This document shows, in pieces, positions 51,853 to 64,000 of a DNA stretch of 64,000 nt (positions are counted from its first letter, which is position 1; each line of letters opens with the position of its first letter). The position numbers and the translations under genes were made by a program. The stretch lies in the NCBI GenBank assembly GCA_964016885.1, contig OZ024743.1:46190001-46254000 (forward strand), written 5' to 3'. The DNA comes from Eledone cirrhosa (taxonomy: Eukaryota). Below the pieces are notes generated by a model that saw nothing but the letters and a program-made list of their open reading frames with translations, was not told where the DNA came from and made no database searches.

Positions 51853-51947
51853 ATACATACATACATACATACATACATACATACATACATACATACATAC
51901 ATACATACATACATACATGCATACATGCATACATACATACACACACT

Positions 51948-51997
<50 letters not shown>

Positions 51998-52829
51998 TAC
52001 ACACACTCATACACACACACATAAACACACGCGCGCGCTGCAAAACCTCAAAATTGTTTATTAATATTAAACTTATTTAATAAACCCTATATTTAAGTTT
52101 GTTGTTGCTTCTTGGTAGAGGTGAACAGAATGGCAAATGCGTTTCCTCGAAAGATGGGGAAGAGATGCGCTGAAAGACCTGTCCTACTCACGGGGCTCAT
52201 TACAGGAAGTATGGTGGTTGTTCGAAGATCCATGGCACCAAATGTTTCTGCTCCTGTGAATTCGGTAAACAGTTGAAACTAGATTTTGTTTTCTTTCTCC
52301 GACTAAGAGGCATATTTCCATTTTTCAATTGCTGTTTTGTTTCTCTTTTTGTTTTCGTGTCATTCAGTACACTGCCATCTACCTGAATCCTATTAAGTAA
52401 AGCATAATTAAAAGTGTAAAATAGTAATATTATAAATATTTTTAATTAATGAATATAATTAAGGAAATATGCTGTAATTGTTTTTAAAATATAATCATAA
52501 TTAGCTAATATTATCTAAGTAAATAAATATAATATACAATAGAATTTTCTATATTATGAAATATATTTGACAAAGTCGCTCATAAAAGCAAGAGGGAACC
52601 TATTTAAAAAACTGATTTTATGAAAATATAATACTATGGAAAATATTCAGTGAGCAAATCAATATACAAATATTAATTTTATTATTATTTTTAATAATAA
52701 TTGTAGTAGTAGTAGTAGTAGTAGTAGTGACTGAATCGAGAAGACGTGTTATTGTTGGCTCCGTAAGTTTTGCTTGTTTTAAGTTATTGAAATATCATTT
52801 GTTTTAGTATATTTACTTCAAAGGGAACA

Positions 52830-55215
52830 TGAGACTTAGGTCTTTGCCCTCAAGCAAGGAGATCCCGTAATATATTCGAACTTTAACTTTTCTTTTCTCA
52901 CGCCTAAGGGCGTAAAAAAATATGATAGATACACCCCACACTCTGAGCCAGCAGTCACGTGACAGTAACTCAAAGATGAAAAGGAGAGTCACCGCCCAAT
53001 GCAAACCAGTGTTTCCACTACCACCACTATAGACTTCAAGCCTTTCATCACCACCACCAACAGCAACAACAACAACGACGACAACAACAGCAAAAATAAC
53101 AGCAACAATGATGGCAACAACAACAACAACAACAACAACACCGGTAACGGCAACAAAAACAGCAGCAGCAGCAATGACAACAACAGCAGTAGAAACAACT
53201 TAAACAGACAAGACAATAACAGCAGCAAAGGCAACGACGATAAACAACAACAAAGTCACATTCACAATTACGGCTACGAAAACCACAGAAATATTTAATT
53301 AGGAGAGAAAAATGTTTGACTGAGGCAACCAAACTAGTAAAAGTCGCTAAAACCTGGGCCAACATAAGTGTTCCGCCAGAGGTGTTGGCAGCAACAGAGA
53401 GGGAAGCTTTAATATATAGATGTATCGGCATTAAGTCCAGAAAGCCGGCGCTGGCCCTGCCATCCCAGGTGGAGGCAGAACTTAAGGGTTTGATGCTGGC
53501 CATCCAATACGTGGCAAGCGTCAAAACAATTTGTGAGCATCTCGGTACTCTTCAATAGCGAGGCTCTTGCAAAAAAGTAGCCTGGGGTCCCCTACAAAAC
53601 GTACCGGCTTATATTGTTTCCCTCTCACATAAGAACATTGAAAATCCACATTGATGGGATTCCGACAGAAATAGACATCTGGTGGATCCTAGCATGCATA
53701 GTGTCAGGGGAAAGCGAAGCGTTCTTTAATCTAAAGAGGACCCAGGGGGAGACTGGTCTGGGATCAGTCTGGAGATTCCTCTCCAGATCAGACCAGAGAA
53801 GATTGAAAAGATCACAAACTTAATTCACCTTCCGGATGGCGTTGAGCTAAGGGTCTTAGTTGAGAACAAGTGGCTCCGTTGTCATTTTTACGGGTTAACT
53901 GGACACCTAAGAGAATTTTGCCTTCAACTAAGACAGGAAACCACAGGGTCCTCTTGCAGCCGACACCGGAACCTCAACAACAACAACAGTATCTGCGCCA
54001 CCAACAATACCAGTCGCAGCAGCAACGATAGCAATTGAACCACCACCACCAACAATATCCCGGGAAATATTTCTCTCAGCCTCTTTCTCTCCGTTTCCTC
54101 TAAACACAAAAACAAACACATCCTACTAATATCTGAAACAGATACCTCGACCTCTCGAAGTGAAGATGAGGGAGACTCCAAAAACCAAAAAAAAACAAAA
54201 ACGAAAACTCAATACAAAAACAACTGCATCACAGCCACCCAACAGAAAAATCAGACACTTCACACAACGAACACATCCATAACAGATCAAACTCCACTAA
54301 CACTACCACCGCTACCACAAGCAGCACAACCAGGCAAACACAAACACTCACTAGTATAACAACCCACCACACAGACACCAAACTTCGTGCCTGTAAGAAG
54401 GGCCAACAAAGAAATGATGGCCGCCATAGCATGAAGCAAAGAGATTGAGAGAGAGGAGATCTTTGCCGCCAGCACCTTCAAAGAGCCACAGGCACTTATG
54501 AGGGTACCAGACATATATAAAAACATTAGGGGCAGTTACCTCCTTGATATGGGGATCCATGTCACGAGTAGGCTTTTAAAGTGGTTCCCAAAAGAGACCC
54601 CGCCAAATATGAAGGTCACACCACCCGACCTCCAAAAGTACCTTGACGGTAAGTTGGTGGTCCTGGTTCTGAAAGCAATGATGCTTTTATACTTGGGAAG
54701 AACGGCCGGATTTCTTCAGGCGTCTGGAAGCCTTTCTGGGCACGTCTCGCTCTTTACAGTTGCCAGGGGACTGGAACAGCATCATCGACGTACGTTAGAA
54801 CTGTATGGTAGTAGATGGTAGAAGTGGGGGGTGTAAAAGCCTCAAGAACCGGATCAGTCAATTCCAACTGTCTGACAGGTACCGACTAGATTTCCAGAAT
54901 GCGCCAGTGTGGACCTTGATTAATCTCACAGGGTCACCTAGATCATATTTAGATTTTGTATTACGTTAGCAGATAGGAATAGAAAAGGAAAGTAAGAGTA
55001 GGGAGAGAAGTGCCCCACTTCCAGTATATTTGTTGAAAGATGGGTGAATGTGTTGAGGATGGCCCGAGTGAATAGGGCTACTCTGATCATACTTCTGTAG
55101 GCTGGAGAATTTCGAGAGGGGAGGTACACCTTTCGATCTTGCTCTTGGAGATTAGAGTGATTTGGGATATGTGGGGTTGCCCCTGGGAGGTGCACTCCCC
55201 CTATTGGGTAATTTT
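52830..55215 (+). mobile_element. Old, internally deleted Tx1-like element (5' UTR, decayed ORF1, fragments of EN and 3' end)
   Basis: Asn-rich repeat; KPALALPSQVEAEL and IDIWWIL match ORF1; DGKLVVL and endonuclease relics; RWVNVLRMARVNRA matches the ORF2 C-terminus. Confidence 0.78.
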
Positions 55216-55545
55216 GTTATTAATTTATATAGAAATGTGTCACTTTCTTTAAACACAAGTCCATCTTGATTATTAAATGTTGATTATTTCAATTTGATTA
55301 ATTCAATTTAAATTAATTCTGAATAAAAGAAAAAAAATATATTATGCAAACATAAAAACGAAATATTTAATTAGCATAATGCAATTATTGACAATATCAA
55401 TAACGCCATAAAATTTAAGAAGAATTTTACAAAGAATAATTTTCTTTTTAATGTTAGATTTTTATTTCTTTATTTAAGTAAAACATCATCTTAATCAATG
55501 TTACCATTTATGGAATGCTGGGAGACTTTTGGAAATAGAACTTGT

Positions 55546-55825
55546 GAGCATTCCAAATGTAGAAAATCCTTGCATTAACCGCCGATCACTATAAATAATA
55601 ACTGAAAATCGGGTAAAATACCCTTAGAAATGATGGGGGCTGGACAGAAGCGCCTACGAAGAATCGAACTCCGTATTTCTCAAATACCGAAGGATACGGG
55701 GTTCATCTTCTCGTAGATACTTCTGTTGCCTTTATTCTGCATCTAAGGGTATTTTAACCGATTTTTCAGCTATTGTTTATAGTGACTAGCTGTTATTACA
55801 GTCCTTTTCTACGTTTGGGACGCTT
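55546..55825. mobile_element. Palindromic MITE-like element
   Basis: Long imperfect arms (TCACTATAAATAATAACTGAAAATCGGGTAAAATACCCTTAGA / TCTAAGGGTATTTTAACCGATTTTTCAGCTATTGTTTATAGTGA) plus an inner hairpin. Confidence 0.7.
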
Positions 55826-56246
55826 AGATTTTCAAACTTTATTAATAGCTAGCTGGCCCCGTGCCGTCAAAAATGACGGCTAATTGTAATATGTATACAT
55901 AATATAAAAAAGCGATGTTTGTTTGTTTGTTGGTTGGTTGGCTGGTTCCTTCGCGTTCACTCACACAAGTGATACAAACATAAACACAGTCAATGAGTGT
56001 AGGCAAATCGCTACACATACACACAGCTGTGACGAATCTTAGAACGCTGGACTTCTATAGTTTCTCATCCCCTCCTCCTTCCTCAGTCATCACATAGATG
56101 TGTGTATATGTAATAATTATTTTTTCTAAATGTGTCTGTTTAGATATATGTGTGTGTAGATTCGTGTGTTTGTAATTCTGTTGTCTATGTATCTTTCTAA
56201 ATAAACGCACATAAACACATATACACTCACACAAATATTATATATA

Positions 56247-56836
56247 GGGCGGTGGATTGGCAGTATTGGCAGAGGGTCGGACGCCATGCTTTCCAGCATA
56301 GTTACGTCCCTTTACGATCTGAGTTCAAATCCCGCCGAGGTTAACTTTGCCTTTCATCCTTACGGGGTCGATAAAATAAAGTACCAGTAATGCACTGGGT
56401 AATTGCTGGCCTTGTGCCTAAAGTAGAAACAATTATATATAAATATAATTTACACAAACACTGACATACACACATACAAACATTCATGTAATCATAACAG
56501 CCAACGTGTGTGGCCAATTCGCTATACATATACACACACTGGTGTAGCGAATATCAGAGGCTGTCACCCCTTCCTTCCTCAGTCGACGTTATCACCCCTT
56601 TCTTCCTCAGTCATCTCTTGTGGTGGACAAATACACAAGAGTATTATATGTGGATTGGCAGTATTGGTAGAGGGTCGGACACCATGCTTTGCAGCATAGA
56701 GTTACGACCCTAGCCATTCTGAGTTCAAATCCCGTCGAGGTTAACTTTGCCTTTCATCCTTACGGGGGTCGATAAAATAAAGTACCAGTAATGCACTGAG
56801 TAATTGCTGGCCTTGTGCCAAAAGTAGAAACAATTA
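56247..56836 (+). mobile_element. Two tRNA-derived SINE copies (56247-56434 and 56651-56836)
   Basis: Match the SINE consensus seen elsewhere in the window. Confidence 0.8.
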
Positions 56837-56902
56837 TATATTAGTAGATCATTTTATCACATCATCCAAAGTCTGTTGTGATGACTAAATTGAAAAGGAT
56901 TA

Positions 56903-57061
56903 CCGTATTTCCCGACGCTTCGTCCTCGAGGACACACCCTAATTTTGACAACCAAAAATTTAGAAAAACAATAAACAACCTTCGGCCTCCAGAATACATG
57001 GTAGATTTTTTTTAGACTTATTTTAGGAAAAAAGTAGCGTCTTCGACGCCAGGAAATACGG
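56903..57061. mobile_element. Tc1/mariner-pogo-type MITE
   Basis: TIRs CCGTATTTCC / GGAAATACGG, with TA on the left flank. Confidence 0.6.
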
Positions 57062-57310
57062 AATATCAGAAACATTATCGAAAATTGTCCAAGTGCAATG
57101 GATTTTTCTAGTCATAGCTCGTTATTTATGATAGGGAGTGGGGTTTGAACTCAAACTGCAAATCGGAACAGATACTGCAAAATAACCCGTCCGAATCTAA
57201 CAATCCCTCAATCCGACGCTCTTGTACAACACTTTTATATATATACGAGGTCGTGTTTAATTTTTAATTTTTTTTAAAATCATGTTCATTTAAAAATGAT
57301 CTTTAAATAA

Positions 57311-59043
57311 CACCGTGTAACATTTTTTGTTCCCCAGTTCTAAGTGTCATTTCATGGTTTGTTATATCCCATTATTATTTTTTTTAAACACTATTATTTA
57401 ATCAGAAGTTTGGGTTTGTGGTCAGGAGTTTGATATTTCGAAGTTTTCATATTTTTCAAGAAAAAACACATTTTTTTAAAATTTATCAGTTCATATAATT
57501 AAATCAACAGAGTATATATTTATTTTATTACACAAGCTTATCAAAAGCAAACAAGTAAAAACAAATAACACTTATAAAGCAACTTATACGTCAGAAATGA
57601 CTGGATTTCCTGGATTTGCGGTTGTAGTCCAGGTCGCATTCCCGCACTTGCCCCCAGATATAGTCCCCCATCATTTTTTCATTGTAATGGCCCTGGTACC
57701 TCCGCTCTATCTCTTTCACATCTTGGTGGATCGTTCGCCTTGTTCTTCTGAGTAGGGGCCCATATTGTCCTTGAATTTTTCTAGGTGAGCGTCCATCATA
57801 TGGAGTTTAAGCGACATCCTGCATCCCATGGCGCCAAAAGCCCTTATCCGATCCTGCACCAGCTGCTAGTAGTTTTCAGCTCTGTAGTTGCCCAGGAAGC
57901 CCTTAACAACTGCCTTGAAACAGTTCCATGCTGTTCTCTCAATCCTATTGAGCTTATTGGAGAATTCGGTAGACTCAAACACCTTCTTTATCTGATGTCC
58001 AACAAAAATTCCACCTTTGATTTTGGCCTCAGATAACTTGGGGAAGAACTCAAGAAGGTACTTAAAAGCGGCTGATTCTTGGTTGAGAAACTTCACAAAC
58101 TGCTTCATCAACCCCAACTTAATGTGCAGTGGCGGCATGAGCACAATCCTGGGTCAACCAGTGGCGCCCACATGTCGTTCCGGGTCCTAACTACAAATTC
58201 TGTTCGCTGCTCCCAGTTCTTTATTTTGTAGTGGTCAGAGGTGGCTCTGCTGTCCCAAAGGCAGAGGAAGCATTGGAATTTGATAAAGCCTCCTTGGAGT
58301 CCAAGCAGGAAAGCCACCATCTTGAAGTCTCCAATGATTTCCCAATTGTACTGGTGGTATTGCAGATCTTCCAAGAGGACTTTCACATAGTAGTAATCTT
58401 CCTTCAGGCAGACTGAATGAGCTAGGGGCAGTGTCGGGAACTTGTTTCCATTGTGGAGGAGGACAGCCTTCAAACTTGTGGTGGAGCTGTCTATAAATAG
58501 CCGCCACTCCTTGGGCTCAAACAGCACCCCAATAACATCAAACAGTCCAGGCACGTCATGGCAGAAACAGAGGCCATCCTTAAGAGTGTAAAAACCTGAG
58601 AAAGGTTCGTGTCGACTTCTCTGACTTGTCACCTGCACTTCCTCCTTGACTAAGTTCCACTGCTTCATCCTGGAGACGAATGCTTAAAACACAACTTACC
58701 CTTTATTCAGGGTGCGAAAATCCAGTATCAATAAATCTCTTTAATCCACTTTTTAACAATTTTATACTTTCTTGCACTTTTATAATTTTCTTTAGGCATT
58801 ACTTTTTATTTTATAATTTTAATTTAACCTGAAACATATATTAAAAAAATCATTTAACATAAGCAAATTAAACTTACATACAACGTAAAATCCAACATAC
58901 AAATAATTCTAGTGAATAGCTTAGACATTTTTACAAACCCAAACTTTTAACTGTTTAATAGCACTTTTTATTTATTTGGGACCGAAGCAAAAAGTGATTA
59001 CAAGCCAGGAACAGAGAAAACATTTTTTTTTTGTTACACGGTG
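57311..59043 (-). mobile_element. Chapaev3-type (CMC) DNA transposon, internally deleted, with a frameshifted transposase at ~57590-58675
   Basis: TIRs CACCGTGTAACA / TGTTACACGGTG; TAA on both flanks; transposase motifs WRLFIDSS, KAVLLHNGN, GDFKM, CFLCLWDSRA, PPLHIKLGLMKQFVK, EEQGER.HQD. Confidence 0.85.
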
Positions 59044-59494
59044 TAATTAGAATATACATATACACAGACATATACATAATGTAAAATGAAAATGGAAGGC
59101 CCATATATGTGTGTGTATGTGTGTATACATATATATATGTGTGTGTGTGTATGTGTGTATATATATATATATGGGGGGGGGCGTTAGCTGCCAGTGTTAT
59201 TCATAGCTATGGCTTTCTAAATGTTTATCTATAAACATACCGTATTTCTTTAGAAATACGAAATTCAAATACATATTTGTATACAGCTATGTTCGAAGCT
59301 AAATTCTAATTCTATTCTATAAGTTGAGCCAACATATGTAAATGAGATTAATCACCTCAATTACACAGACGAAAAAACTATATATTTTCGCCTGTTTTCA
59401 AAGTCCAGCAGTTGCAAGAGCGGGAGAGATCGTCCTAACCTATATAGACTGGTCACAGACACACACAGACAGACACACACAGATACACATAGAT

Positions 59495-59543
<49 letters not shown>

Positions 59544-59746
59544 TACACACACACACACACACTTATACACTTCCTATTTAGCAGGAAATATTCGCTACAC
59601 ACGTCCTGTCCTAACACAAGTTATATGATACATATGACTTAATATTCAGTCACCAAATTCGAGCTAGATACAGTAATGTTGTATTCGATTCTTTGAAGTC
59701 AACTGTTATTTCATTCAACAACACTCTATCTTCTCTCTCTCTCTTT

Positions 59747-59782
<36 letters not shown>

Positions 59783-60576
59783 CTTTCTCTCTCTCTTCTC
59801 ACTCTCTCTCTCTCAACCACTATCTCTTTCTCTCTATCTTTCTCTCTCTCACTCTCTATTTATGAAGGTACCAGGAAAAACACCGTATCTCGGGAACCCG
59901 TGCTCCGATTTACGCAAAACTTGTTTTATTCCATTTGTATTCCCATTCCAGGGGCAACTTCCTTTCAAAGTATTTTCCCATTATGCGCCGTTTTGGCTGT
60001 AATAAATTATAGACAAGCACACAATCGCATAGTTTTAGTAGTATATAGATATATCGCTTCGTCTCGATCGGAAACAATGTTTTTCCTTCATTTAACTTTA
60101 TCATAGCTATGATTAGCTTTCTATTTAGGACAGATACCACAGCTTGAGGTCCACTATCTCGTTATTCCTTTCCTTGTCTTCTTTCGTTCTTCTAACAGTG
60201 TTTGTTTTATTACACACATAACATACCAGCAGGAAGATTTATTTTTATGTTACACGATCCAGCATTTTAAAATGGTACTCTCAATTAAATCGTGCGAAAC
60301 CATTTTGCTCGTTTGAGAGCTGATGAGGGCGAAGATGTGTGTGTGCGTGTGTGAAAACTTGTCATGTACATCGCCTTTCTTTATTTCCTTCTTCCAGTCA
60401 CTTCTATGCGCCAACACATTTCTCCTTGTCCTCCTCCTCTTTCAATCTTTTCTGTATTTCATCTGCCAGTTACCCGCCTCGTGGATTGTTTCTCTGTCGA
60501 CCACTGGCCGCTCGTCTCTGTCCTCTAAGGCATTTTTGCCCATCGCTGTCTTTGACAGCATTTGACTGTTTTAGCG

Positions 60577-60590
60577 GCTATGGTTCACAG

Positions 60591-60672
<82 letters not shown>

Positions 60673-60806
60673 TCTCTCACTCTCTCTCTCTCTTTCTATA
60701 TATATATATATCCAGGTGGTACTATTAAGTTAGACAATGCCTGGGCCAATACTGGCCGAAACCTATCAGAGTTATATATATATATATATATATACATATA
60801 TACATT

Positions 60807-60857
<51 letters not shown>

Positions 60858-60885
60858 GGAGGGGGGGATAGAGAGAGAGAGAGAA

Positions 60886-60938
<53 letters not shown>

Positions 60939-60952
60939 CTGTGAACCATAGC
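60577..60952. repeat. Fold-back element whose arms consist of a unique terminus plus (TC)n and (TA)n
   Basis: GCTATGGTTCACAGAGTC(TC)n...(GA)nGACTCTGTGAACCATAGC. Confidence 0.75.
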
Positions 60953-61279
60953 TCTTGAGACATATTGTTCTTGTATTTAAAGGATAAATAAAAAATCGAT
61001 TTAATAAATCTAATTCTCAATTCTTTAAAAATGAATAGTGTTTCTTACATCAAAAAAGTCACTCACCCCACCCAAAGCCCACGATAAAAACAAAACAAAA
61101 CTATTATAAATAATATTGATATAAAATAGAAACAATTACTATAAACATTAAACATTCTATAATTCTCAACAAACTAGTGCTTAAATCTTCCGTGAAATAT
61201 TTCTATTTCTTCTGGTGGAAAAACATATAATTTTATCTCTACAGTTTATTCTTCATTTATCAATGTTTTCATATTTAAA

Positions 61280-61555
<276 letters not shown>

Positions 61556-61594
61556 GTGTGTGTGTGTGTATATATATATGTGTGTGTGTGTGTG

Positions 61595-61668
<74 letters not shown>

Positions 61669-61853
61669 CATTACGGCTTATCGTCTGGTTTTCATTCCTA
61701 TTTCCACCATCTTTACTTCTGCAGATCATAGTTTATACTAACACGGCAGCTTTTCATCATGTTTATTATTCTTAATAATTATACATTTCCAACATACTGT
61801 ATGTATGTATATATATATATGTATGTATGTGCATTATTACACATATATATATG

Positions 61854-61956
<103 letters not shown>

Positions 61957-61959
61957 ATG

Positions 61960-62001
<42 letters not shown>

Positions 62002-62168
62002 CATATACATATGTATGTGTATGTGTTTACATGCACATATATTTGTTTATATATATATACATATACGTGTATGTGTATGTGTATGTGTTTATATGTACAT
62101 ATATATATATATATCGAGAGGGAAAGATGCATACATACATACACACACTTACATACATGCATACATAC

Positions 62169-62615
62169 ATGGTGGCTGCCAACTCGTTTTCGAGTACGGC
62201 CACTATTTTATATCCATGGAGGAGAACCCCTACCGATGCGCTGAACGAGTGTGACTTTTTAGTCCAGCCAGCGACTTGAAAACTCTTGTACAAACACTAC
62301 ACTTGTGACAATTATTGACACATGGTACCATGTGATAACAAGTGCAGAGAGATCTCCAGATATAAAGCAATGCCTGTGCCGTGAAGCTTTTATAGTGATC
62401 AAAGGCACTGCACAAGGCCAGTCCCACTCTCTTAACCAAGATGATATTTACCAAAAAGAAGAATAAGTCAACATCATTGGATACCATCAGGGTTGCAGGT
62501 GTTATATCAGAGTTTTCCTTCTGCTAGAATTCTGCCTTGACAAAGATTAAGGGGTCATCTCTCCCGGTGATTTTGGATGGCCATTGACTCTTAAGAGCTC
62601 CTTTGCCCTTTGACA
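62169..62615 (-). mobile_element. Bipartite non-autonomous RTE-derived element, copy C (5'-truncated)
   Basis: Same family as 51243-51852; (TACA)n on both sides. Confidence 0.75.
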
Positions 62616-62711
62616 TACATACATACATACATACATACATACATACATACATACATACATACATACATACATACATACATACATACATACATACATACAT
62701 ACATACATACA

Positions 62712-64000
62712 ATGGCGACCGTTATGGTCAGTGTCCGATAATCGGACGTGTGTAATTACGGCTTACATGAAGGCAACATACCATATATTGGAAAAAGTTG
62801 AGCTACATTACGCGGTAAGATTACATACAATAATTCTACATAAGTGTTTGAACTGTAAGTGTGTTGTAAAACACCTATTTATATGAACGATACACACACG
62901 TATGAGATATGAACGATACATGCACTTTAACATATAAATGTAACGTTATTATATTACATTTGTACAGAAATATGCAAGTAACATTTTCGATTCAGAAACA
63001 AAAACATAAGTGTTTGAACTGTGAATATGTTGTAGAACATCTATTTATATGAATGATACATAAACTTTAACATATAAATACAGCGTTGTTATATTATATT
63101 ACATTCATAAAGAAATATACAGTACTAAGTAGCGGGTTTTTTTTGTTCTCGATTCAAACAATTCAAAAACAACGTTTAAAACACAGTTGTAGAATTAAAA
63201 ACTAACTGAAAAGAAATATTACCCAAGCTGTGTATAACTTTAAATTTGATTCTGACAGAACTTTGTCGAAACTTTTAAAGAAGATCATCGACTATTTTGA
63301 AAAATAAATACAAAATATTAGTGAATAGACGAACTCATGGCAAAACGTATAAGTCTCCTTCGACCAAATCGCAACTACAACCGTTGTATACAGTGGAGCT
63401 ACGAGCTTAACAAAGTATTATATGCAGCATACAAACAATCTGAACCCCAAAAGTTCGGTTTTATGCAAAGACTAAAAACTTTATGGAACTCTAAACACCC
63501 AGAATTAGACTTTTCTCCAAAGCATTTAAATGAACAGGCAAAACGTATCATTAGATGTAAATTGATACATCTAACGGAATTGAGTGATACTACAAATACA
63601 TCCCTTGTAGACAACCACCCCACCTCCACTGACAGACAAAAAGAATCGCCAGCTAAATCTAACAGTGAACAGCTCACCAACAATTTTGCTGAAATCCATC
63701 CCACTTCCACTGAAGAACAGCGAGAATGGTCAGCTAATTCTAGTAGTAATTGTCACCACATCAACAACGAGGCTGAAATTCATAACTCTACTGTACAAAC
63801 AGAACATCAAAAACTTGTGGACACCTTATAAGTGATATGGGATGATATGTTTCAAGAGATACACAGCCTTAATGTGAGTGACAGACCATACAACACCAGA
63901 ATCAGTAAAGAACCCACTAAATTGGAATTGGAAGCGGTGAACGAAATAGCTGACAATTATCTGAAGGCTATACGATCTAAAGGTGTAGAAACGACATTTG
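62712..64000 (+). mobile_element. 5' part of an R4/Dong-clade non-LTR retrotransposon (ORF from 63337, in-frame stop at 63829-63831, continues beyond the window)
   Basis: N-terminus QWSYELNKVLYAAYKQSEPQKFGFMQRLKTLWNSKHPEL...LNEQAKRII resembles the R4/Dong N-terminal domain; the frame stays open after the stop; RT is not within the window. Confidence 0.62.

Noticed and set aside
52095-52275. Short unique, moderately GC-rich stretch as a possible host exon
   Set aside because: No recognisable protein motif or convincing splice-site pair.
55846-55960. Helitron-like hairpin plus CTAG (minus) next to a TGTT-repeat segment
   Set aside because: Matching opposite termini could not be defined.

Overview
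Eukaryotic, AT-rich and microsatellite-saturated DNA with no recognisable host gene. The tRNA-derived SINE type and repeat landscape suggest an octopus or other cephalopod genome (inference). Two main systems stand out. (1) At 5.8-27.1 kb, six Tx1/L1-clade non-LTR retrotransposons lie head-to-tail on the minus strand; two are full length and one has both ORFs intact. Every junction is a (GATA)n tract and there are no poly(A) tails, so this looks like a (GATA/TATC)n-targeting family. One copy reveals a 16-19 bp target-site duplication, and the two full-length copies are mosaics that share the RT but differ in endonuclease and ORF1. (2) Non-coding units of about 440-530 bp, mostly at 39-46 kb but also at 0-1 and 5.2-5.5 kb, are all embedded in (TA)n. 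They carry type-I hammerhead ribozymes that I folded by eye, occur as tandem repeats or fold-back inversions, and lie next to two Penelope-like (RT/GIY-YIG) fragments. They are candidate retrozyme or pLTR-derived circular-RNA replicons. The window also holds a bipartite non-autonomous RTE in (TACA)n, the 5' part of an R4/Dong-type element, a Chapaev3-type DNA transposon with TIRs and a TAA TSD, a non-autonomous Helitron, MITEs and SINEs. Coordinates of non-coding features are read by eye (a few bp of uncertainty).
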